Positions 30,201 to 38,229 of a stretch of DNA of 64,000 nt are shown here, piece by piece. The notes under the pieces are model-generated. The model saw only the letters and a program-made list of their open reading frames with translations. It was not told the origin of the DNA and made no database searches. Every line of letters begins with the position of its first letter. Position 1 is the stretch's first letter. Made by a program: the position numbers and the translations under genes. Origin of the DNA: Bdellovibrionota bacterium (GTDB taxonomy: Bacteria; Bdellovibrionota_C; UBA2361; CALJRW01); the NCBI GenBank assembly GCA_041740355.1, contig JBGSMD010000061.1:9514-73513 (forward strand), read 5' to 3'.

Positions 30201-31418
30201 CGACCAGGCTGCTCTGCTTATATAATCATCGACTACTATTATCTTATTATCACTACAACTAGCAGATGTTCCGCCGTAACTGCCAGCACACTGCCACAAA
30301 TACTGAGTTGAATTATCTGTAGTGTCATTTAAACTTCCAGTAGTACAAACATTGTGCGAACTTCCACAAGTTCCATTCACTGGTGTTGTTGTCTGACTTG
30401 CACTACAGCTAGCAGTTGTTCCACCGTTACTGCCAGCACAAGTCCAAGAATAAGTATTTCCAGCTAATCTAACATTAGAGAATGCTCCATCGGAACAAAG
30501 ATTTGTTGTAGGTATCGTTGCAAATGTTTCTCCACTAGCAATACCACAAGCACCATTTATTTTAGATACTGTCTCTACGGTACATGTAGAAGTGCAACCA
30601 TCACCATTTACTTTATTACTATCGTCACAAAATTCTCCTGCCTCTCTAACACCATTACCACATTCTGGAATGAGAATTGGCACTGTAGGTGTAGGAGTAG
30701 CTTCAGGTATCTCAGGTTCAGAATATGCCAAGCAAAGCTCATCATAAATTTTAATTAGCATTTCTGCGCTTGCCGCCAAAAATTTAAATTTCTCTAACTT
30801 CAGTCGTTTATTAAATAAAGATCTTTTTAACTTTGTAGTGGTATTAATTTCAGATGTTTTTTGAATTTGGTCAGTTAGCCTTTTAATATCCAGCTCAACT
30901 TTTGCTTGCTTCGAAATTGTAGATTCTAAATACTCAGCTATATTCTCACTATACTTATAAAAAGAATTTGTCCCTAGGTGTCCAGATTCTTGATTAACAC
31001 AAGCTAATTCATCATCACCCATTGATATCATATATGATTCACTGGATATGAAATCTTCTACTTTTGTTCCAATAATTTCTAAATCATCTAAGCAGATTTT
31101 TTTATCAGCTAAACTTATGTCTATACTTGAACTATTAGCTGATTTAAGTAAGTATTCGCTTACTTTTCCTAAATCACCTGATTCTTGATATTCCGTTAAC
31201 TTATTTCTTAAAAATTTTAATCCTCGGATCGTTCTTTTAACTTTTTGGATACTTGATAAATCAGCACTGCAACTCTCTATTGAAAAAGCCTTTCCAACTG
31301 AACTGATTGGTAAATTAAAACTTACTTTACTATCCTCAAGATTGAAAGGAGTGCCGATTAAAACTACAAGAAAGAGGGAAATAATAGAGGCAATGATATT
31401 TTTTTGATAATAATTCAT
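27261..31418 (-). CDS. 1385-aa exported protein: unnamed N-terminal domain, Myxococcus-type Cys-rich repeat, four NGxCG repeats, F5/8 type C, LamG-like, Pro linker, ~450-aa unknown C-terminal domain
   Basis: CGNGVREAGEFCDD…GDGC...C; NGACG/NGTCG/NGICG…W.C.G..GG..A.CS repeats; LIAHYDFNEGSG…WHHIV…GELDDFRVY. Confidence 0.8.
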   Translation of the reverse strand: MNYYQKNIIASIISLFLVVLIGTPFNLEDSKVSFNLPISSVGKAFSIESCSADLSSIQKVKRTIRGLKFLRNKLTEYQESGDLGKVSEYLLKSANSSSIDISLADKKICLDDLEIIGTKVEDFISSESYMISMGDDELACVNQESGHLGTNSFYKYSENIAEYLESTISKQAKVELDIKRLTDQIQKTSEINTTTKLKRSLFNKRLKLEKFKFLAASAEMLIKIYDELCLAYSEPEIPEATPTPTVPILIPECGNGVREAGEFCDDSNKVNGDGCTSTCTVETVSKINGACGIASGETFATIPTTNLCSDGAFSNVRLAGNTYSWTCAGSNGGTTASCSASQTTTPVNGTCGSSHNVCTTGSLNDTTDNSTQYLWQCAGSYGGTSASCSDNKIIVVDDYISRAAWSIHNVSSEELTGANNAATNAIDGTTNTFWHTKWFNGQFQAAPYNISINLGATYNLTGFKYLPRSDNPNGRLAEYRIYVSTNGSTWGSPINTGNFAGSANEQEVSFSSVTGRYLRLEADADHAGAQYISIAELNIKGSLNGVSPANGICGSANGTTVSASPTTNLCSAGTVSGVANGSVYAWICAGSNGGSTASCSANKTAGIGSENGICGSANGTTVSSIPTVNLCIESDSSSVPILNNNIYTWSCIGGVGGSTANCSAIKTSRPQTFTGLIAHYDFNEGSGTSVTDKTGNYSNGILNPDPRTNQAVTFVNGVEGSKAIKLVKGNSLTLPDIIKDRQVLSFSIWAKLDDISYRGGQIINFSNHVSLKFTNNPGSRLAASYHKENQWNTLETSKTFSGTGWHHIVLVLDSNKNQQRIYVDKVISATASFTEDISYSSTLAQGNFLGRYPTADGIDLTGELDDFRVYDYVLSQNEISNLFNIGNPPPPPTPPAPKPSPVLDNNAAVKDPIVWPAGYGDATCTKSGGNTIISQHGITWTITGEKQCGNFANGEAWVVGPVSINYIYPNPTLTPVCVPDADGKTDKCTKTLHGSMINPIPNQKHGFDANAPTIPQTSYDLNLNVALSFPISLNAGDSLASSRTMNTYPKFVDTVCVLTVLDSAPPAGSFRPGPYGTDRTIRWNKSQIDYSVLKNLEHVPGSPTKQYIESILPALAWWEWGGSWADGVLAANNNLSSYRFDGASTYGREISYKWGEVGLWLNLNNSQADKERAAIRSIQSGIDIWSYITNGGNFYHDGGHKGGRKFPVFLAAVMLDDPVLRAFAKDVTIFQEDTQTFFVCGPEGGEHCLECDPNPPWRLRKDQIALLPACILNSDGKYRVNDVGKYTEPPARFFEIPTQTFLQSDIGMPEWGVRHWFDTRQDDRDPQSGYRHVVWPAMAGPVLAASLMGQEDAWGHPAIFAYNERYYSEFGFTGFVGNMWIEHKN

Positions 31419-31519
31419 GCCAAAACCTATTTAATATTCAACTAATGCCAATATCAAATTATTTATAAATCCTTACTTTAGACTCAAAATGCTCCGAATG
31501 GGATTCGAATAATATTATA

Positions 31520-31546
31520 ATATCGGTATGAAATTCGAAAACTTAA
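31520..31546 (-). promoter_or_regulatory. Sigma-28 (FliA)-like promoter for the 1385-aa gene
   Basis: Minus strand TTAAGTTT-N11-ACCGATAT, canonical spacing. Confidence 0.6.
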
Positions 31547-31591
31547 GACCTTAAATGAGAGTATAAATTTCACAGTATCGAAGTTTCCGCT

Positions 31592-31618
31592 TGATCTTGC
31601 CCCAAATTTTCACCAAGT
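31592..31618. mobile_element. Possible isolated IS3-family terminal inverted repeat
   Basis: TGATCTTGCCCCAAATTTTCACCAAGT resembles IS3-type TG-start ends; no partner identified. Confidence 0.35.
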
Positions 31619-31814
31619 CAGTCTATAATAAACCCAACAACTATTCTCCCTTAAAAGGTTTATGCGCTAACAATATAAGAGTTAGTAAGCTCACTGGTAT
31701 TAGCAGAGAACTCATTGCAAACCTTTGATATACCTTCGGTTTCACAATATTAATTTGTTGAGTTTACTATTTGACTTTTGTCTCCAGTAGGTCGCTACTA
31801 TAGTCATAACTGGA

Positions 31815-32033
31815 TGATTTAATTTTCTAACGGAAATTAGTTTTTGGAATGACTATATTTAGAATTTGAGTTAATTTTCTCAAATTCATCAGGACTACAA
31901 TACCCTAAGGATGAATGCATCCTGTGAGGATTGCAGAAATTCTCTATCCAGACAGTAATACTGATATCTTAAATCTAAATTTTAGTTTGCTGAGACATCA
32001 ACTTTTAAAGTATGAAACAAAGATTCAGCAACT
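31815..32033 (-). pseudogene. IS3-family transposase 3' remnant (second copy)
   Basis: Minus strand VAESLFHTLKVD … WIENFCNPHRMHSSLGYCSPDEFEK; 70/83 nt identical to 26946-27028. Confidence 0.85.
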
Positions 32034-32190
32034 TTGAAACACTTAAATTAGAGTGTCGCAGAAGTCCTGCAAATTGTTGCGGCTTGGATCGAAAACTTTC
32101 ATTACACTAGTCGACTATCAACCTCATGTCACCTGTCGAGTTTGAGGCTTAGTTAGCATGATCTCGCATTCACCAAACTGGAGGGGGTGG
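32033..32190 (+). pseudogene. IS3-family transposase 3' remnant (third, plus strand, more divergent)
   Basis: FETLKLEC / AEVLQIVAAWIENFHYTSRL / MSPVEFEA* in shifted frames, matching the IS3 C-terminal pattern. Confidence 0.7.
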
Positions 32191-32237
32191 TAGTTTCTGA
32201 CTTAGCTTTAATTGAAATACCTTAGATTCTTAAAATA

Positions 32238-32867
32238 TTAATCATGCCGGTCACAAACCTGACCACGCTGAGCCGCAGGTACTGTGAAGACAACAACTTG
32301 GCTAGCATCATTACAAGTAACTTTTACTTCCTTAGCATCTTCACAAGGAACATTACTGCGCATTGTTAAGCGATTTGGATTAGTGAAACAGCTAAAGACT
32401 CCGCCGCAATAGAGTTGTGAGAAACTGCCATCTCTTTTTTGAATAGAACAACCACCAGAAAAAGTTCGCCGAAAAGAGGAATTGAATAACACTACGATAT
32501 TTCCATTCCCTTCGGATTCAGGCTTCCAAAGATTACCATCAGCACCATCAATAAAATTCAAAGTTCTAGAAGTGAAATCTTGATCAACTCCATCATCTGG
32601 AATTCCGCCAACCCCACCAGGTACAGTTGGTCTTGGGGTCGGAGTTGGGGTTACTCCAAGTTGTGCAATAAAGTTCTCATTATCTCTTGTACTTCCAGAA
32701 TAACTAGCACCATTAGCATTATTAATTGCTTGGATTTCGTTAAAACTTAAGACTTGATTATCCTCAAAGTTATCATCAGAATCAGAGTTTCCACATCCAA
32801 ATAATAATGGAGTTGATGCTAATAGTAGGAAAGAAAGTAAGTGTTTAAATTTCATGAAATATTCCAA
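32238..32867 (-). CDS. Lipoprotein of unknown function with a Cys-rich C-terminal domain
   Basis: Lipobox LLFGC, PT linker, LWKPESEGNGNIVVL motif, 6 Cys. Confidence 0.75.
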   Translation of the reverse strand: MEYFMKFKHLLSFLLLASTPLLFGCGNSDSDDNFEDNQVLSFNEIQAINNANGASYSGSTRDNENFIAQLGVTPTPTPRPTVPGGVGGIPDDGVDQDFTSRTLNFIDGADGNLWKPESEGNGNIVVLFNSSFRRTFSGGCSIQKRDGSFSQLYCGGVFSCFTNPNRLTMRSNVPCEDAKEVKVTCNDASQVVVFTVPAAQRGQVCDRHD

Positions 32868-32915
32868 AGATTTGACAAAATGAAGATAGCATTCTTAAGG
32901 TAATTAGCAAGTACA

Positions 32916-32988
32916 TTCTCCCCCTTGTGGGACGCAACAGACTGTGACCATTATTTGCAACAATGTTGGGCGTACCAAAAGGGGAGAA
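32916..32988. repeat. 73-nt inverted-repeat element, copy 2 (family shared with 5307-5377)
   Basis: TTCTCCCCCTTGTGGGACGC…GCGTACCAAAAGGGGAGAA, 34-nt loop; abuts the TAA stop at 32989. Confidence 0.85.
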
Positions 32989-34368
32989 TTATATTTTAAT
33001 CTCCTGCAGATACTCGGCTATAAACACATCCCAGCCAAACTCTTTAATAAGTAATCCCTTTAACGTTTCCGCTGACTCTGGCTCGCCATGAACTATGGCT
33101 ACACGTTTTGGAGTGCCAGTACAGCTTCTGCACCAACGAAGTAATTCTTGCTGGTCGGCGTGAGCGCTCAGCCCACCAATTGTGGCAATTTCTGCCCGAA
33201 CAGGGATTTGATTGTGAAAAATTGATACCGTGTCCGCTCCTGATTGAATCATATCACCCCGGCTTCCCGGAGGCTGATAACCAACAAATAAAACAGTATT
33301 CTTGCTATCATCAATTCGTCTCGACAAATGATGTAATACGCGACCACCAGTAAGCATACCACTGGCAGAAATAATAATCATCGGCTCATCAATGCTATTT
33401 AATTGCATTGAGGCCTTACGATCGCTAGTGAAAGCTAGCTTAGAAAAAGTAAACGGACTCTTTCCGCCTTTCTTAATGCCAAGTAAATCATCATCATACT
33501 CACTTGGATGATTACGATAAATCTCGGTGGCATCACTAGCCATCGGACTATCAACTACCACCGGAATATCAGCAATTTTATTTTCGGCTTTTAATTCCCG
33601 AATTAAATAAAGCAATAATTGTGCTCGTCCAACAGCGAAACTAGGGATAATCACTGTCCCGCCACGTTGGTAAGTACGATTAATTACATCAGCTAACATT
33701 TTTTTTGGATCACCTTCGGCATGGTTTCTGGACCCATAGGTAGACTCAATTAACAACAAGTCACCAAACTGCATCGGAGATGGATCAACTAAAATTGGAG
33801 TGTCGTAACGACCAATATCGCCAGAGAAGTTAATCACCTGATCCTTGTAACGTAACGTTAGGTGCGCGGCCCCAATGATATGCCCTGCTCTTTGATACTT
33901 AATGAAAATTCCAGGGAAAATTTCAAGTTCTTGCTCAAAGCTCTGTTTCTTTAATAACTTTAAAGTCTTTTCCGCATCTTTTATTGTATATAGCGGTAGA
34001 GGCGGTTTGTGTTTTGATGTCCCTAACTTTGCACGATAGTGAGCATCTTCTTCCTGTAAGTAGGCAGCATCTAATAAGAGTAAATGGCAAAGATCCGCTG
34101 TTGCCGGAGTTGCATAAACTGGACATTTTAATCCATTAGCGACAAACCTAGGTAGGATTCCGATATGATCAATGTGGGCATGGGTCAAAACGACCGCATC
34201 AATTTTAGATAAATTATATTCTGGAAGCACCCAGTTCTTATCTCTCCACTTCTTAGGTCCCTGGAACATTCCGGCATCAATTAATAATGTTTTATCACCA
34301 AGTTCAAGTAAGTATTTTGAACCTGTAACAGTTCCAGCAGCACCAAGAAATTTTAAAGATATCGACAT
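32989..34368 (-). CDS. MBL-fold beta-CASP ribonuclease (CPSF73/Ysh1-like)
   Basis: GAAGTVTGS, THAHIDH, AGHIIG, SGDIG, ESTYG, FAVGRAQ, SAHAD, VHGE. Confidence 0.93.
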   Translation of the reverse strand: MSISLKFLGAAGTVTGSKYLLELGDKTLLIDAGMFQGPKKWRDKNWVLPEYNLSKIDAVVLTHAHIDHIGILPRFVANGLKCPVYATPATADLCHLLLLDAAYLQEEDAHYRAKLGTSKHKPPLPLYTIKDAEKTLKLLKKQSFEQELEIFPGIFIKYQRAGHIIGAAHLTLRYKDQVINFSGDIGRYDTPILVDPSPMQFGDLLLIESTYGSRNHAEGDPKKMLADVINRTYQRGGTVIIPSFAVGRAQLLLYLIRELKAENKIADIPVVVDSPMASDATEIYRNHPSEYDDDLLGIKKGGKSPFTFSKLAFTSDRKASMQLNSIDEPMIIISASGMLTGGRVLHHLSRRIDDSKNTVLFVGYQPPGSRGDMIQSGADTVSIFHNQIPVRAEIATIGGLSAHADQQELLRWCRSCTGTPKRVAIVHGEPESAETLKGLLIKEFGWDVFIAEYLQEIKI

Positions 34369-34489
34369 AATATAGAGTGAAGATTAAGGTTAAAGAATAT
34401 CAAAGATTGTATCCTGATTGGAATTAAAAGTCTTTAAGAAAACTACGCGGCTTAGGAGATGATTTTTGGGAAATTGGAGAGGAAAGAAA

Positions 34490-34513
34490 GCTTGGCCAAT
34501 TAATTGGCCAAGC
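34490..34513 (-). terminator. Intrinsic terminator of the HU gene
   Basis: Perfect palindrome GCTTGGCCAATTAATTGGCCAAGC followed on the minus strand by TTTCTTTCC. Confidence 0.7.
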
Positions 34514-34549
34514 CCCAGTATGACTACTGAGTAGTTATACCACTAAGTA

Positions 34550-34999
34550 CTAAAGAACTGCGTCTTTTAATACTTTAGCTGGAGTGAATCGAACTCTCTT
34601 CTTAGAAGGGATGTTGATTACAGCACCAGTTGCTGGATTACGTCCGACTCTTGCTTTAGTCTTACGAACATACAGCTTACCTAAACCTAGAAGAGGTAGT
34701 TTATAACCTTTTTTCAAAGCGTCAGTAATGAACTCTAGAAGACCATCACAAATATCTTTAGCTTCAGAACGCTTTTCGATGCCACAAAAACCTTGTACAG
34801 AATTGATGAACTCAGACTGCGTGTAACTTAAAGAAGCCCCGTTCTTTGGCTTTGGAGCCTTAGCAAGTTTTGGTGCTTTTTTTGGTGCAGGCGCTGGCTT
34901 AGCCATAGCTTTAGGAGCTGGAGCTTTTTTAGCTACAGTTTTTTTAGCTGGAGCTTTAGCCGGAGCTTTTTTAGCAGCTGGTTTTTTCTTAGCTGGCAT
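34550..34999 (-). CDS. HU-family DNA-binding protein with an N-terminal Lys/Ala/Pro-rich tail
   Basis: GLGKLYVRKTKARVGRNPATG…IPSKKRVRFTPAKVLKD; ~53-aa PAKK tail. Confidence 0.92.
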   Translation of the reverse strand: MPAKKKPAAKKAPAKAPAKKTVAKKAPAPKAMAKPAPAPKKAPKLAKAPKPKNGASLSYTQSEFINSVQGFCGIEKRSEAKDICDGLLEFITDALKKGYKLPLLGLGKLYVRKTKARVGRNPATGAVINIPSKKRVRFTPAKVLKDAVL

Positions 35000-35235
35000 A
35001 GTGTTTCTCCTTAGAAAACAATTTAAAAATACAGATACTTAAAAATTTAGAAATATCTGAAAAACAACTGAAAACCTTATAAAATAAGGCTTATCGCGAA
35101 GTCGATCCCATATTAATTACACTTTCGATCTTTTCGCAAGTGTTTTTTTTTAATATTTTTATTCGGAGAGTAAGTTTTTACGTGAATAGCTACTCGATCA
35201 GCAACTATTATCTAAGGAGCGAAACAAAAAATGGA

Positions 35236-36690
35236 TTAAATTAACTTCGCTAGATAATCAAAGATGCGGCTTGGATAAATGGTGTAATAAATAAGAGTCA
35301 GCATTAATAAAGACAAGGAGATAACTTTTACGGGAGTAATATAAACAGGGCGGAAAGTGTCATCTTCAGCAGGACTAACAATTAAAGAGATCAGCTTAAA
35401 GTAGTAATAGCAACCTAGCACTGTGCCTAGTAAAATTACGCTGGCTAGGCCAATATAACCAGCGGAGAGTAGGGCTTTTAGGACGAAGACTTTAGCTAAT
35501 AAAGCAAAGAAAATTGGCGGTAGTCCCGCAAGGGATAACATCGCCAGTAGCAGAACAGTCCCTAAAAATGGTGAACGATAAATAAGTCCCCGCAGACTGC
35601 TGATTGGCAGACCGGAGTCTTCTTCTAGCGCATCGAACGCCGTGAATGTAATCAACGATAAAATTGTATAGAATACCAAATAAGCATAAAATGCCTGTTC
35701 AAAAACTTTTAGTATTGGCTCTAAAAAGCCAATACTAAAATAGGCTGTATGAGCTATCGCCGAATAGGCCATCATTCGTTTAGCGTCTTTCTGAACAATG
35801 GCAAGCAAGTTCCCAATTACAATCGAAAGAACAATTATTACCCAAATTAGTTTATTAAAACTTCCCACTAAATCGATAAATACTTCTGAAATTATTAGAA
35901 ACCCCGCTACTGCTACGGCAAACTTCACTACTGATGCTAAATAATTTGTAGTAGCTGACTCAGCTGCCTGATAAACATCCGCCACCCAGTAATGAAAAGG
36001 AACTAAGCCTAACTTAAGCGATAGTCCGATAATAAAGAAACCTAAACTTAATAAGACAACTGAGCGATCCGCCTGGGATAGCAATCCTTTAATTACTTCA
36101 AAATCAAAAGAAGCCGTTACTCCGTAAATAGCTGCAAAGCTAAAAAGGATTAAGCAGGATCCCAGTGCCCCTTGAATTAAGTACTTAATTGCTGCTTCGG
36201 TTGAGGCTTTAGATGTAAGGTTTGCTCCGACTAAAGCATAGGATGAAATTGCTAAAATTTCTAAAGATAAATACCAAGTAACTAAGTTTTGAGTTGCAAG
36301 TAAAACATACCCCCCACTCGTTGCAAAGAAAACTAGTGCAAGCTTCTCCCCTAGTCCTAACTTATTCTGATACTTTGGTTCTGAAAAATTAAGCGCTGCT
36401 AAATAAGCAATAATTAGAAAAATCAACTGGGAGAAAAGAACTATTAACTCTCGACTAAATAAAATTGAAGACACATGATAACAATCGGAACTTGGAAGAT
36501 AAAGAATATAAACATACCCCTGCCAAAGAATTGTTGGCAGAAAAAACATATTAGTTAAAGCAACTATTGGGAACTTATTCTCCCTAGAAGTTGCTCGAAG
36601 CATTGACCAGAGTCCACCTAATACTAATAAAGCAATAGGAGCAAACTCAATTAGATTAGGAAAATTAACGCTACTATTCATGCTGGGCAA
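35236..36690 (-). CDS. nuoN: NADH-quinone oxidoreductase subunit N
   Basis: EAAIKYLI, KLGLVPFHYWVADVYQ, KRMMAYSAIAH, SLAGLPP; follows nuoM. Confidence 0.92.
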   Translation of the reverse strand: MPSMNSSVNFPNLIEFAPIALLVLGGLWSMLRATSRENKFPIVALTNMFFLPTILWQGYVYILYLPSSDCYHVSSILFSRELIVLFSQLIFLIIAYLAALNFSEPKYQNKLGLGEKLALVFFATSGGYVLLATQNLVTWYLSLEILAISSYALVGANLTSKASTEAAIKYLIQGALGSCLILFSFAAIYGVTASFDFEVIKGLLSQADRSVVLLSLGFFIIGLSLKLGLVPFHYWVADVYQAAESATTNYLASVVKFAVAVAGFLIISEVFIDLVGSFNKLIWVIIVLSIVIGNLLAIVQKDAKRMMAYSAIAHTAYFSIGFLEPILKVFEQAFYAYLVFYTILSLITFTAFDALEEDSGLPISSLRGLIYRSPFLGTVLLLAMLSLAGLPPIFFALLAKVFVLKALLSAGYIGLASVILLGTVLGCYYYFKLISLIVSPAEDDTFRPVYITPVKVISLSLLMLTLIYYTIYPSRIFDYLAKLI

Positions 36691-38224
36691 TTGGAAAATT
36701 TGCTAAAAGTAAACCATCTGTTTTTTTTTGTTTCTGTTGCTGGTCTTTAATTTCAAAAATCTCTAACGGATTTTGTTTCAACTGCTGGCTGGCAACCTGT
36801 GTGAGTATGTCAGAAATTAATCGTGGGAAGATACCCAAGACTAAAATTAAAACTAATAATGAGGACAAGACGACTCGCTCATCAGGATTCAAGTCTTTAA
36901 ACTCTTCTTCCTTAGGTTCTCCAAACAGAACTTGCTGACAAAAGCCTAACATGTAAACAGCGCCTAGAATTACACCTAGTAAAGCAAAGCAAGTAATTAC
37001 TGGAAACTTAATAAATGAAGCAGCTAAAACCTGAAACTCCCCAACAAAACTAATTGTAAGCGGTAAGGAAATAGAAGCTAATGAAAAGCAAATTAGAAAA
37101 AAACTAAAAACTGGCGCCTTACTTGCTAGGCCTTGAAAATCACTAATAAGTTCACTTGAATTACGACGCTCCATAGCAAAGGCAATCGTAAACAACCCTA
37201 CTGCAATTAAGATGTGAGAAAATATTTGCAAGAGCCCACCAGAAACGCCACTTGGATTCATACTTGCAAGTCCAAGGATACTAAATCCTACGTGTGAGAT
37301 GGAAGCATAAGCCATTAATCCTCGAATTGACTTTGACCTCCAAGCAAGTAATGCACCATAAACAATTCCAATCGTAGCAAGTACAGCCAAGACCGGGGCA
37401 AACTCGGCAAAAGCTTCTGGGAATAATATTAAATTAAAGCGAAATAATCCATAAATCCCCGCTTGAAATAATAAGCCAGCAAAAATAATTGCTAATCCTT
37501 TGGGAGCATTGGCGTAAGTAGCCGGTAACCAACTATGAAATGGAAAGATTGGAGATTTAACTGCAAAGGCAATGAAAAAACCTAGGAATAAATAACTTTG
37601 TTCCTGAAGACTAAAGTCATGACTTAGAAGAGCACTTAAATCAAATGAGAAATATCCTTGTGTTTGGTAATAACTATATCCGCAATAAATTATAGCTAAT
37701 AATAAACATAAACTGCCCGCTAGAGTATAAAGTAAGAATTGATAGGCTGCCTTTTTCGAAGCAGCATTGCCATTAGCTGTCATTAAGTAAAAGATTGGAA
37801 ACAGCATCAGCTCGTAAAAGAAGTAAAATACTAATAAGTTAACTGATAGTAATAAGCCAATTAATGAAACTTCAATTAGCAACAAGTTGCCATAAAAACC
37901 GGCCGATTGCCCTCGATTCAGCAATCCGTAAGTTAAAAAAATAAAAGCTGTAAAAAGAATTGCCAAATAACTGAGTCCATCAGCATAAAAGCTAAAATTA
38001 ATTCCCATCGAAGGAAACCAAGCAAACTCAACTAAACCAATGCCTCCCAACAATAAAGCAGAGGGTATAAAAAATGAAATTAATAAGACGGACCAAGTAA
38101 CAAACTTATACATCCAGTCCGGTCTTAACTCACAGAACTTGCCAGCTTTAAGAAACAAACAAACAGCTCCAAGAATTGGAGTCAAAAGCAGAACTTGTAA
38201 AACGATACTAAGATTAAAGTTCAT
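36674..38224 (-). CDS. nuoM: NADH-quinone oxidoreductase subunit M
   Basis: DGLS, FYFFYE, FAVKSPIFPFHSWLP, AYASISHVG, SFVGEF. Confidence 0.93.
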   Translation of the reverse strand: MNFNLSIVLQVLLLTPILGAVCLFLKAGKFCELRPDWMYKFVTWSVLLISFFIPSALLLGGIGLVEFAWFPSMGINFSFYADGLSYLAILFTAFIFLTYGLLNRGQSAGFYGNLLLIEVSLIGLLLSVNLLVFYFFYELMLFPIFYLMTANGNAASKKAAYQFLLYTLAGSLCLLLAIIYCGYSYYQTQGYFSFDLSALLSHDFSLQEQSYLFLGFFIAFAVKSPIFPFHSWLPATYANAPKGLAIIFAGLLFQAGIYGLFRFNLILFPEAFAEFAPVLAVLATIGIVYGALLAWRSKSIRGLMAYASISHVGFSILGLASMNPSGVSGGLLQIFSHILIAVGLFTIAFAMERRNSSELISDFQGLASKAPVFSFFLICFSLASISLPLTISFVGEFQVLAASFIKFPVITCFALLGVILGAVYMLGFCQQVLFGEPKEEEFKDLNPDERVVLSSLLVLILVLGIFPRLISDILTQVASQQLKQNPLEIFEIKDQQQKQKKTDGLLLANFPIAQHE

Positions 38225-38229
38225 TCGGA

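Noticed and set aside
31490-31509. tRNA 3'-end-like 20-mer (minus strand TTCGAATCCCATTCGGAGCA) as a possible att site
   Set aside because: No tRNA body, integrase or second copy in the window, and the orientation would put the island over housekeeping genes; a BLAST against the genome's tRNAs would settle it
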